A program made the translations under genes and the position numbers. The notes below the pieces were generated by a model that saw only the letters and a list, made by a program, of their open reading frames with translations, was not told the DNA's origin and ran no database searches. A stretch of 64,000 bases of DNA from a virus: the IMG/VR virus record IMGVR_UViG_3300027413_000002; one strand, 5' to 3'. Of the stretch, positions 55,625 to 64,000 are shown one piece after another. The stretch's first letter is position 1. Each line of letters opens with the position of its first letter.

Positions 55625-56140
55625 TTATACTACATCATAATGGGTATATTGGAAGGTCACCGTAAACTCTTCAAAGATATCGTTCTGTGCATACTGCAAG
55701 GTGATTTCCGACATATTGATTGGGAAGCAATTACGCAAGGTATACTTACCTCCAACCAACACTTCATCGTTACGATCCAAATGCTCGACACCAATGTCAG
55801 CTTGGTATTCGCTTGGAGTGAGGATACCAGTATTGTCTTCACGATTATTCAAACCATTCATCCACTGCTCGAATGGCTGGCGTAGTGAGAAACCAGAGTC
55901 GTTCACGATTGTTACGGTGAACGGGTCAAAGATTCTTTCACCAGCCAGTTTGATCTCACGACCACGATACTGGATGATTGCAGGGTTTACGTTAGAGGCT
56001 GGAAGTGCCGCCCCAGTTACCAAAAGACTATAGCTTGTGTCAACATTAGGCACATAGCTTGGGAATGCTAGGCTTACGCGAAACTGATTTGGTCTCGCTC
56101 CACCCGCACCTAATCTAGCCTTAAATTCTTCAATATTCAT
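55625..56140 (-). CDS. gp19: Tail tube protein (T4 gp19)
   Basis: GGARPNQF, YRGREIKLAGER, EEFTVTF. Confidence 0.93.
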   Translation of the reverse strand: MNIEEFKARLGAGGARPNQFRVSLAFPSYVPNVDTSYSLLVTGAALPASNVNPAIIQYRGREIKLAGERIFDPFTVTIVNDSGFSLRQPFEQWMNGLNNREDNTGILTPSEYQADIGVEHLDRNDEVLVGGKYTLRNCFPINMSEITLQYAQNDIFEEFTVTFQYTHYDVV

Positions 56141-56162
56141 TTCTGTCTCCTATAATTCTAGA

Positions 56163-58406
56163 TTAAGCACCCAGCTCTTCGAACGAGATACCTGTTCGAG
56201 TCGCTACGAATGTCAAAGTGATAAAGTTGATTGATTTCGCTGGCTTAATAAAGATGTCAGCGCGGAATTCGTTGCTGTCAATAACCTGTCCAGTGTTATT
56301 TGTTTCGTCACAAACAACGCGGAAGTCATAAACACCGCGACGACCTTGTACATCACGCAAGAACGGTTCTACCAGAGAACGGAACTGGGCACGAGTAAAG
56401 GCATCGTTGAATTCAAACAACTGGAACTTAGCAGCTGCCGCCACTGCTTTCTCGATAACGATAAACAGTCTACGAACATTGATACGGTTAAATGCGCTGG
56501 ATCTAGCCAGTAGAGTCTTATCACCGAACAAGATAATACCTTGCTGAGACGACTGAACGATTGGGTTCACGCCAGCAGAGTATAATGTGTCGCGGTCAGA
56601 CTTCTTAGGATTGAATGCCAACTTAACAGCGTTCTTGATAGAACCGCGATTTACACCAGCAGGTGAGAACCATGGATCAGCTTCAAGGTCAGCAGTTACA
56701 CAGCAACCAGCAGTGTCAGCATTACAAGGAACCCACGCATAAGCATCGTTGTATCGGTCATACATATACTTCCAACCACTATCCATGACAGCGAAAGAAG
56801 ATCTTGTGTAGTTTGCCAACTCAGCTTTGATGTCAGTTACTTCAGAACCTGAGTTATTTACAACACTTGCTTTTGCAGGGGAAACAAACGCGAGGCAGTC
56901 TTTACGGATCTCAGTGATATTGTCGATGATATAATCACCAACAGTCGAACTATGAGCACCAGCAAAGATTAAGCTAACATCAGTTTCTTCGTCATTAGCG
57001 AACTTCAAGTAAGAAGCCTGCAGATCTCCATCAGTCGGTGAAACATGTACACCACCAGAGAAAGACCAAGCAACCACGTCATTCGAAGTTAGAATTCTTG
57101 GATACGGTTGTGACGTACCAGCAGCTGAAATATTAGCTAATGTTGTCGCCAAGTCTTGTCCCCAAGGAGTACCAACAGAAGTTGCTGTTGTGTCAACCTG
57201 ATCAGTGAAACGAATCCACTTAGATTTTGCATTAATCGCGTCTTTGTAGTAATTTACGGAGTTGTCATCAGCGCGAGCACCTTGAATTTTTGAGAGTCCT
57301 TCATACTTCTCAAGAACAGTTCCAGCTTTACCAGTGATAGCACCGTTTTCGTCAATTACGATAAGATGTAATTCGTCAAAGTTCACACCATTAGAATTCG
57401 CCCAGTCAGTAGTTCCTGGAACTGTATCAAACTCTTTCTCATATGTCCACTGTGTTACCAAAGTTACAGTAGCTGCAGCACCTGTGCCACCGCCACCAGA
57501 GAAAGTGACTGCAGGAGCAGAAGTGTACCCAAATCCTGGATAGGCAATTGTAACACTACTAACAGCGTCACCAGTTAGAGCAGCGACACCAACAGCAGTA
57601 CCGCCATTGGAAGGCGAGGCACCGATTGCTACAGTAGGAGCAGAGGTATAACCAGAACCACCAGCACCTATAGTGACAGTCATTGAAACGCTAGTACCGA
57701 ATGTTCCGATGTCACCGACAGAAACCTTCAGGCTGTTTCCGAGTATGCCTGCATATTTTGCGGCAAATGGACCAACACCATTAGTTTCACCAGCGTACGA
57801 TGCGTCATATTCATCATCGTTTCTGATCAGCTTACCGATTGGGTTGGCGTCATCGATCAAAACAGTAGCAGTTGCACCAGAACCACCGCCACCAGAAATG
57901 GTTACGACTGGGTCAGTGCCATCGATTGCATAACCGAAACCTGCATCTGTGATAGTGATTGCTGATACTGCTGCGCCTGTGATAGTTGCTGTTGCCGTTG
58001 CAGCTCGACCGCCATTTGCTGGTGTTACACCAGTTGGATCAGCGATTGTGACTGTTGGGGCAGAGGTATAACCAGAACCAGCAGCAGTTACTGTCGCAAC
58101 ACCAGTCAAAGCACCGTTTGCCGTTGCAACAGCGTTTCTTGCAGTTGCGCCAACTTCTCTCGATACAAGAAGGTTTGAACCGTATGCTAAGAAAGATGAA
58201 GCTGTAAGGAAGTCTACATTGTTTGCTTTTGCTGGCTTGCCGAAACGCTCAACTAATTCGTTTTCACCTGAGATTGAAACTAACTCCCTAGCTGGACCCC
58301 AAGCGAAATCGCCTGCAAACCCACCGACTGTAGTTCCAACAGCAGGAACGACAGCTGTCGCGTCTTGTTCTCTTACGAGAACTCCTGGACTTAATTGAAA
58401 TGCCAT
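56163..58406 (-). CDS. gp18: Tail sheath protein (T4 gp18) with two inserted beta domains
   Basis: LSPGV, FAWGP, WFSPAG, RINVRRLF, FEFND, IKPAKSINFI; inserts with GSGYTSAPTV. Confidence 0.96.
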   Translation of the reverse strand: MAFQLSPGVLVREQDATAVVPAVGTTVGGFAGDFAWGPARELVSISGENELVERFGKPAKANNVDFLTASSFLAYGSNLLVSREVGATARNAVATANGALTGVATVTAAGSGYTSAPTVTIADPTGVTPANGGRAATATATITGAAVSAITITDAGFGYAIDGTDPVVTISGGGGSGATATVLIDDANPIGKLIRNDDEYDASYAGETNGVGPFAAKYAGILGNSLKVSVGDIGTFGTSVSMTVTIGAGGSGYTSAPTVAIGASPSNGGTAVGVAALTGDAVSSVTIAYPGFGYTSAPAVTFSGGGGTGAAATVTLVTQWTYEKEFDTVPGTTDWANSNGVNFDELHLIVIDENGAITGKAGTVLEKYEGLSKIQGARADDNSVNYYKDAINAKSKWIRFTDQVDTTATSVGTPWGQDLATTLANISAAGTSQPYPRILTSNDVVAWSFSGGVHVSPTDGDLQASYLKFANDEETDVSLIFAGAHSSTVGDYIIDNITEIRKDCLAFVSPAKASVVNNSGSEVTDIKAELANYTRSSFAVMDSGWKYMYDRYNDAYAWVPCNADTAGCCVTADLEADPWFSPAGVNRGSIKNAVKLAFNPKKSDRDTLYSAGVNPIVQSSQQGIILFGDKTLLARSSAFNRINVRRLFIVIEKAVAAAAKFQLFEFNDAFTRAQFRSLVEPFLRDVQGRRGVYDFRVVCDETNNTGQVIDSNEFRADIFIKPAKSINFITLTFVATRTGISFEELGA
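57872..57902. repeat. 31-nt exact direct repeat, copy in gp18
   Basis: TTGCACCAGAACCACCGCCACCAGAAATGGT identical to 60723-60753. Confidence 0.85.
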
Positions 58407-58471
58407 TTTTTATCTCCTCGATATTATGGATAATCGTTATTATTATGCTAAATTGCTTTTACTGAAATTAT

Positions 58472-60109
58472 TTATAATAATGACGTTTTCTCTTGGTTTA
58501 TCGTATACCAGATATCACCGCCCATAATCTCTACTTCTTCCTCTGTTCCATCTACTATTTGACCAAAAGGAGTTAAATCGTTCTCAATCATACGCATCTC
58601 AGCGTTGAATAATCCTTCCCGAACATTCACATTAGTTAGATCTGTGAAGAATGAGTTGGTTGTAACCCAACCAAACAACACTAATGTCATCGCGAGGTCA
58701 TCGTTATACCCCTCGTCGGCTTGGAAAGTCTGTCCCTTTTCTGTGAAAACAGATAATTCACCGATAACTTCAGCATCGTGAATCAATAATTTGGTATCTT
58801 CAACAAGAGATTTAATTGCAAAACAACCCTGACGTTTCACTGCCTTGGATGTTGTAACACCGAGTTTTGCTGAACGACCAAATCCAGGAGTTAGATATTG
58901 CTTTCCGTTCTCAGTCAGAGTTGTAAAGATATTCTCATATTCTTCTTCTTGGTGTAAAATATCTAATACTTGTTGACCGATATCGTTCGCTTCAACTAAC
59001 ACATACGCATTGTTAAAGTCTTTTCCGACTTTGGATATGATACTAGGATATAACATCGGAGATATTTTATTATCTTTATACTTACCGACTAACCGATATG
59101 GCATCTCTGTTACATCAATCAATGTAAATGCTGAATAATCACCACCAACTCCTCGAGCCACGTCTACCGTCATCATATAGTAGTGGTCGGGTATTGGATT
59201 CTCATATAGATCTAAGCCATCTTTGCTGTATTCGGGGTTTTTCGCAGACATAACCGCCAATGTTTTACCATTGATCAGCGTATTTGTAGAACCCAAGAAC
59301 TCACAAAGAACTTCCTGATTAAATTTCAAATCGCCAAGAAGTTTATTTTGTTCTTCTGCCCATGCCTCATCCCTTCCTGGAATTTCACTATAGTGAATGA
59401 ACATTCTCTTGAATCCATTCTCGCCATTCTCAGCTTCATTCCAGAATTTCCAAAAATGATTATAACCGAGTGGCGTAGAAGTCAATAGAATCTTTGTAGT
59501 TTGACCAGCAGAAATGGTTGGATAAACAGCGGTGAAAAACTCTTCAGCAATATTATTTGGGATGATTGCTGCCTCATCGATGTACAGCCAGTTTACCGAC
59601 TTTCCTCGAATACCAGAAGATGTTGTTGCCGCAGTAAATACAACAGAGCCATTTTCTAGATCGACATTACCTTTGTTCCAAGTCTTTACGCCCTGTTGCA
59701 TCCATATTGGAAGACCCTCGTACATAATCTGGTATCGAGAAAGAACTTCTCTCGCTGCTGCTGTTTTGTTGGCGAGGATCGCGACGGTTTTATTTTCTTG
59801 GAAGATACTATAGTGGAGGATACAGGCTGCAGCTGTTACAGTTTTACCTTGCTGACGACCCTCCATCAAGATAGTCTGCCGATTATTCATGATGAAATCG
59901 ACTTTTTCTTTTTGACAGGGATATAACTTAAATGGTTGCAACCCCTTATCCAGAGTTACAATCTGACAATAGTTCTCAATGAAATAAATTGGGTCATCTT
60001 TGCACTTCAGGAGTTCGTTTATTTGCTCCTTTGTGAAATCGTGTTGATGACCAATAGATTTTAAATTTGGATTTCCGTGATAGGAAGTTTCTTCAGTCGG
60101 TATTGCCAT
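58472..60109 (-). CDS. gp17: Terminase large subunit (T4 gp17)
   Basis: GRQQGKT, YIDEAA, TSTP, VDVARG, DDLAM. Confidence 0.97.
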   Translation of the reverse strand: MAIPTEETSYHGNPNLKSIGHQHDFTKEQINELLKCKDDPIYFIENYCQIVTLDKGLQPFKLYPCQKEKVDFIMNNRQTILMEGRQQGKTVTAAACILHYSIFQENKTVAILANKTAAAREVLSRYQIMYEGLPIWMQQGVKTWNKGNVDLENGSVVFTAATTSSGIRGKSVNWLYIDEAAIIPNNIAEEFFTAVYPTISAGQTTKILLTSTPLGYNHFWKFWNEAENGENGFKRMFIHYSEIPGRDEAWAEEQNKLLGDLKFNQEVLCEFLGSTNTLINGKTLAVMSAKNPEYSKDGLDLYENPIPDHYYMMTVDVARGVGGDYSAFTLIDVTEMPYRLVGKYKDNKISPMLYPSIISKVGKDFNNAYVLVEANDIGQQVLDILHQEEEYENIFTTLTENGKQYLTPGFGRSAKLGVTTSKAVKRQGCFAIKSLVEDTKLLIHDAEVIGELSVFTEKGQTFQADEGYNDDLAMTLVLFGWVTTNSFFTDLTNVNVREGLFNAEMRMIENDLTPFGQIVDGTEEEVEIMGGDIWYTINQEKTSLL

Positions 60110-60539
60110 TTTTTACTTCGCCTTCGATGACTTTCTCGTCATCTTGTTTCAATGCTTTCATCAGATCTGATGTGCTTCCATTAAATAGAACATTGGTCTG
60201 GTGACCGATGCTGGTGGCGGCTGGTTTTATTCCATCTGCTTGATCTATTTTCTTTTTCTTTTGTTGCAACTCTAAAATATCTTTGGCTTGATCACCAAAC
60301 ATTTTAATCAACTGACCAGCAACTTCATACGCTCTCGGATTGTCGCTGTTCTCGGCAACATTGACAATGCCCTGAAGTGTCGACTCACTGTATGCCATGG
60401 CTCTTTTTAGCGCACCACGCGCCTCTTCAAAATCTTCTTCGACATTACCATTTGTGACCACTGGTGTTGTGACCTCAGTAGACTTCGTTGAAGTCTCGAA
60501 GGTTTTATCTAAGGCATCAAATACTTTATTTTTACTCAT
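60093..60539 (-). CDS. gp16: Terminase small subunit (T4 gp16)
   Basis: PRAYEVAGQLIK, FNGSTSDL; likely start MSKNK at 60539. Confidence 0.9.
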   Translation of the reverse strand: MSKNKVFDALDKTFETSTKSTEVTTPVVTNGNVEEDFEEARGALKRAMAYSESTLQGIVNVAENSDNPRAYEVAGQLIKMFGDQAKDILELQQKKKKIDQADGIKPAATSIGHQTNVLFNGSTSDLMKALKQDDEKVIEGEVKNGNTD

Positions 60540-61554
60540 AAGTCTCATCAAACTCTTCAAGGAATCGGTATGCATCATCCACACCCTGATTACCTGAATC
60601 TGGTGCTTCGAATGTAACCGTTGGTACGGAAGTGTATCCACTACCGCCATCATTAATAACTACGTTCTTGACTCTGTACTTTCCAGTATTTATAGGATCG
60701 ACTTCCATGACAACCGATGCTCTTGCACCAGAACCACCGCCACCAGAAATGGTAACATTTGGTCCATTCTCTCCATAGTTGCCGCCTGCATATGTAAGAG
60801 ATATTGTATCGACTGACTGGCTTAATAGCGTTGCAACCCCAGTAGTTGTCGCTGCCACCACAGTATATTGTTGAGTGGTACGCGCTCCAGCCAAATCTGG
60901 ATTTTGGAATATATTGGCAACTGCTTTCTTAATAACATTTTGGTCGCCCACATGACCATAGAAATTAAGTTTCATATTGAATGTGAGAGTCCAGACGATA
61001 CTCGCTCTGTCTGCAAAAGTTCCTTGTGACTGGTCTTCGTACGCAACTGAATCCAATGTGAGTTTGATGTCGCGTTTGATACCCAACTCAGGTAGATCAT
61101 TGACAGTTATACTGAAGTCTGGATTGAAGAACGGAAGGATTTGTTCGATTATTTGCAATCCATCGTCTTGGTTTTTTGCAAACACATACAGTTGTAAACT
61201 GAGGTCATATGGTGTAGATGTGAATACGCTCTTTACAGAAGTTGCCGATCCCGAACCCTTTTTATGGTGGTGGATGGGAGAGACCCTTCTTGCTGCATCG
61301 TATTGCAGTGAGATGATTTCAAACCCCATACGAGGAAGTACAATAGCGACTTCACCACGACTTTCAACAGTCGGGACTTGCTCAATTCTAGAGATAAATT
61401 TTTGTTTTGTGGAATACGCAAGAGGCACTCTCAATGTCTGGGCGACAGAACCAGAAGAGTCTTTTCTCTCTATTATGATGTTGTTGAATATGGTTCCAAA
61501 TGCCGCGACTGCTTTACGGACATGAGAGTGATAAAAATTCTTACCCTTAAACAT
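60532..61554 (-). CDS. gp15: Tail sheath stabiliser/terminator (T4 gp15) with inserted beta domain
   Basis: AFGTIFNNI, VPLAYS, LPRMGFE, QIIEQILPFF; extra GGSGYTSVPTVTF domain. Confidence 0.92.
   Translation of the reverse strand: MFKGKNFYHSHVRKAVAAFGTIFNNIIIERKDSSGSVAQTLRVPLAYSTKQKFISRIEQVPTVESRGEVAIVLPRMGFEIISLQYDAARRVSPIHHHKKGSGSATSVKSVFTSTPYDLSLQLYVFAKNQDDGLQIIEQILPFFNPDFSITVNDLPELGIKRDIKLTLDSVAYEDQSQGTFADRASIVWTLTFNMKLNFYGHVGDQNVIKKAVANIFQNPDLAGARTTQQYTVVAATTTGVATLLSQSVDTISLTYAGGNYGENGPNVTISGGGGSGARASVVMEVDPINTGKYRVKNVVINDGGSGYTSVPTVTFEAPDSGNQGVDDAYRFLEEFDETYE
60723..60753. repeat. 31-nt exact direct repeat, copy in gp15
   Basis: Identical to 57872-57902. Confidence 0.85.
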
Positions 61555-62297
61555 TATAAGTCTCCGAATGGGTTAGATTCAGTGAAGTCAAGGATATTAC
61601 TAGCAATCTCTGCTGCTTTGAAATCGTCTCCCTGAACAGAAGGTTTGATTGCATAGTCTTCTTTAATGAGAGAGCCGCCATCTTCCAGTGTAAGATTACC
61701 TGAAGCATCTTCGAGAACAAGTTCGAACAGAAGTTGATCGACTGTATTGTCGTCCTCGATCTGATCAATTGCAGTATTACCTGTGTCGATTCTTTCAGAA
61801 CCATACTCGAACAACTCACATTTGAGTTTAAACACATAGATCTTACCGAGTTGGTAGAAAGGATCTTGGAATTCAACAAATTTGATTTCCATGAGGGATC
61901 TGGTTTTGGGAAAAAATAATAGATCTCCCTCCATCGGTCTGTCACCGCCACCGACAAACGTGCTTCCATCAGTGTTGTTAACAATATCGTTCCATCTCTT
62001 TCTAGACAAAACGAATGTTGCTTGGTCTCTTATCTCAAGACCAAACCGCTGGAATAATTCTCCGTCTCCCTCGAATCCTTCTGCGTTTTCTAGATACATT
62101 TCAACTGGGTATGCTTGTTCGAATTTAGATAATGCATCTTCGTCAAAGATAGTATCAGTATTCACGAATGTACGAGGCATATAGAAAATGTCATGACCAT
62201 AAATCTTCAACGACTCGACAACAAGATCCTCCACTAGCCGTTGTTCAGCAGTGGTTCCAGATGTGTCGCCCGATTGAAAGTAGAAATTGGTAGCCAT
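61554..62297 (-). CDS. gp14: Neck protein (T4 gp14)
   Basis: ESLKIYG...YMPR, RPMEGDL, PFYQLGK, FTESNPFG. Confidence 0.95.
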   Translation of the reverse strand: MATNFYFQSGDTSGTTAEQRLVEDLVVESLKIYGHDIFYMPRTFVNTDTIFDEDALSKFEQAYPVEMYLENAEGFEGDGELFQRFGLEIRDQATFVLSRKRWNDIVNNTDGSTFVGGGDRPMEGDLLFFPKTRSLMEIKFVEFQDPFYQLGKIYVFKLKCELFEYGSERIDTGNTAIDQIEDDNTVDQLLFELVLEDASGNLTLEDGGSLIKEDYAIKPSVQGDDFKAAEIASNILDFTESNPFGDL

Positions 62298-62300
62298 TTA

Positions 62301-63260
62301 TCAACCTGTCATGAATGTTGGGGGCAATTCGTATCTTACTTGCATCTCTTCTTCAATTTGACCTATCTCAGCAAGAGCCTCGCCAAAGATAACGTCACCG
62401 TTGAGAGTAACACCACCAGGAAGTTGGATTCCTCCGAACTTCTTCATGTTCTCTCCCCATTGCCGCTTGATCAATGCAGTAGCATATTTCTTCAACCATA
62501 AGTCGTTGTAGACTTCTGAATAGTCTGTTCCAGCTACAAGAGCATAACCTTCTGCTACAATGAAGTCACCGATATCGAAAGTCTTGTCCATATCCGTGTC
62601 GATATACATTTTGTTCGTTTTGCGATTGAATCTGATTGCGCGATCATTCACAAACAAACTCTCAAGGAGATTCATATGAGTCTTCACCATTGAGTAGTAT
62701 GTGACGTCTGCGCTGAGTAGATTGTACAGATCGTTTTGAGCAAATTGATAGTCAATATCAAACAGACCATCAGAGTTAGATGTCGAGCCAATACCGCCAA
62801 ACTTAAACATTTTTGTCACACCGAGTATCTCATTACCGATAGTGATGTAACCGTTCTCGATATCGCCTTTTACGATTGTGCTGATTGTTGCAGTAAGTGC
62901 TGAGTCAGAACCAGTGATTGTCTCTCCTGCAGCGAACTTTGCAGCACCTTGTACGTTTTCATAGATTACTTTGTCGCCCGAACTGCTTTTATCGACAGTA
63001 GCTTTCGCTCCTGATGTGCCACCTGTAACTGTTTCACCGTCAATAAATGCAACAGAAGCGGATAGATTTAGAGTAGAACCTTCAAGTGCTTTCTTAATAT
63101 ACACACGTTCTACGCCATCAAAATGGTATTCCTGCCATAACTGTAATGCATCATCGATGCGATCGCTAACCTGATCTTCATCCACGTTTATTTCGATTAC
63201 AGGGAATCCCAATCTTCTGAGGCAGTAATCTATTAGTTCTTGTCTAGTTGATAGAGCCAT
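62301..63260 (-). CDS. gp13: Neck protein (T4 gp13)
   Basis: YCLRRLG.PVIEINV, EYHFDG, KRQWGENMKKF, LPGGVTLNG. Confidence 0.95.
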   Translation of the reverse strand: MALSTRQELIDYCLRRLGFPVIEINVDEDQVSDRIDDALQLWQEYHFDGVERVYIKKALEGSTLNLSASVAFIDGETVTGGTSGAKATVDKSSSGDKVIYENVQGAAKFAAGETITGSDSALTATISTIVKGDIENGYITIGNEILGVTKMFKFGGIGSTSNSDGLFDIDYQFAQNDLYNLLSADVTYYSMVKTHMNLLESLFVNDRAIRFNRKTNKMYIDTDMDKTFDIGDFIVAEGYALVAGTDYSEVYNDLWLKKYATALIKRQWGENMKKFGGIQLPGGVTLNGDVIFGEALAEIGQIEEEMQVRYELPPTFMTG

Positions 63261-63307
63261 CTGAACCCCTAATGAATTTGTTTAAAGTCTGGTACTATTT
63301 ATAAGAC

Positions 63308-64000
63308 TTATGATTGGTCATAAGAATACAACAGAGCCTTCAGTGCATTAATTTCTTGTTGGACAAAGGCAGTTGTTGCAATTTTAGTTGTATTATCGCC
63401 TGTTGACTGTGTTGTCGACGTGGTTACTGACGTGAGGTATCCAGCTGATGCGTGATTACCCCAGCCATGCGCTGTATCTGCTTTAGTTCCCTGTGCAGCT
63501 GTTGCGTAGTCTGAAGAATCAAATGCTTTCACTTCCGCGAGGTTTGTGACCTCTGAATCCATCAACGCTCCAGCTGCCGTCACGTTTGTCGCGTCTGTAA
63601 CATCCGCTGATGCCTCTATACCATTTAGCTTTGTGTGATCAGCATCAGTAAAGTTATTTTGTGTGAGACCACCATCACCTACAGTGTATGTAGTATTTGT
63701 ATCAGCCGAACTAATAGTTCCATCGGCTGCAATGGTAACATTAGTCCCTGCTGTCAATGCCGCGACCACATTAGCTGTGTCAGTTACATCAGCCGATGCT
63801 TCAATGCCATCTAGTTTAGTGTGGTCAGCATTAGTGAAATCATTTGAGACAGTTGGTATAGTTGGCGCACCTGATAACGAACTATATGCGCCATCGAATG
63901 CATCAGTTATACCATAGCCATTTATTGTCGTTGGTTTGCTGGTAATATCTGCAAACTCCACATCTCCACCACCGCCACCAGAGATAGCGATATTTCCGCT
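63308..64000 (-). CDS. Fibre or fibritin-like structural protein, 5'-truncated by the window edge
   Basis: Frame stays open to 64000 (SGNIAISGGGGGDVEF...); duplicated FTxADHTKLxGIEASADVTD; KPTTINGYGITDA and TTKIATTAFV fibre motifs. Confidence 0.75.
   Translation of the reverse strand, partial: SGNIAISGGGGGDVEFADITSKPTTINGYGITDAFDGAYSSLSGAPTIPTVSNDFTNADHTKLDGIEASADVTDTANVVAALTAGTNVTIAADGTISSADTNTTYTVGDGGLTQNNFTDADHTKLNGIEASADVTDATNVTAAGALMDSEVTNLAEVKAFDSSDYATAAQGTKADTAHGWGNHASAGYLTSVTTSTTQSTGDNTTKIATTAFVQQEINALKALLYSYDQS

Noticed and set aside
61547-61984. 145-aa alternative-frame ORF within gp14
   Set aside because: Nested in a conserved gene with no independent signals

Overview
A 64-kb segment of a large T4-like (myovirus) phage genome, probably aquatic and infecting a Gram-negative host (the spanin pair implies an outer membrane). 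Almost all genes are on the minus strand. In transcription order (right to left): neck, tail, terminase and head genes (gp13-gp23, gp3); uvsY/uvsW, gp55, gp47/46; cobT/cobS-like vWA plus AAA pair; the replisome (gp45, 44, 62, regA, gp43, uvsX, gp41); a lysis cassette; tRNA-Arg(UCU) and tRNA-Pro(UGG); a late cluster of probable head-internal proteins; primase, thyX, nrdA; and a PP-loop gene cut by the left edge. Two promoter classes recur: sigma70-like gcTTGAC(A/T)-17-(T/C/G)ATAAT and T4 late TATAAATA. Best candidates for new biology: (1) an overlapping five-gene cassette GT2 + FabF + fatty-acid desaturase + GNAT-like + small acidic protein, a possible phage lipid or acyl-glycoconjugate pathway; (2) a late cluster encoding a KxDG RNA-ligase-like protein, an HxGH nucleotidyltransferase, a P-loop kinase and a ParB-like protein, most carrying T4 capsid-targeting-like tags, a possible virion-delivered repair or anti-defence kit. 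Also noted: E-punctuated head polyproteins, a ROSE-like thermometer, an orphan antisense promoter and several leaderless genes. All calls come from motif recognition by eye; no searches were run.
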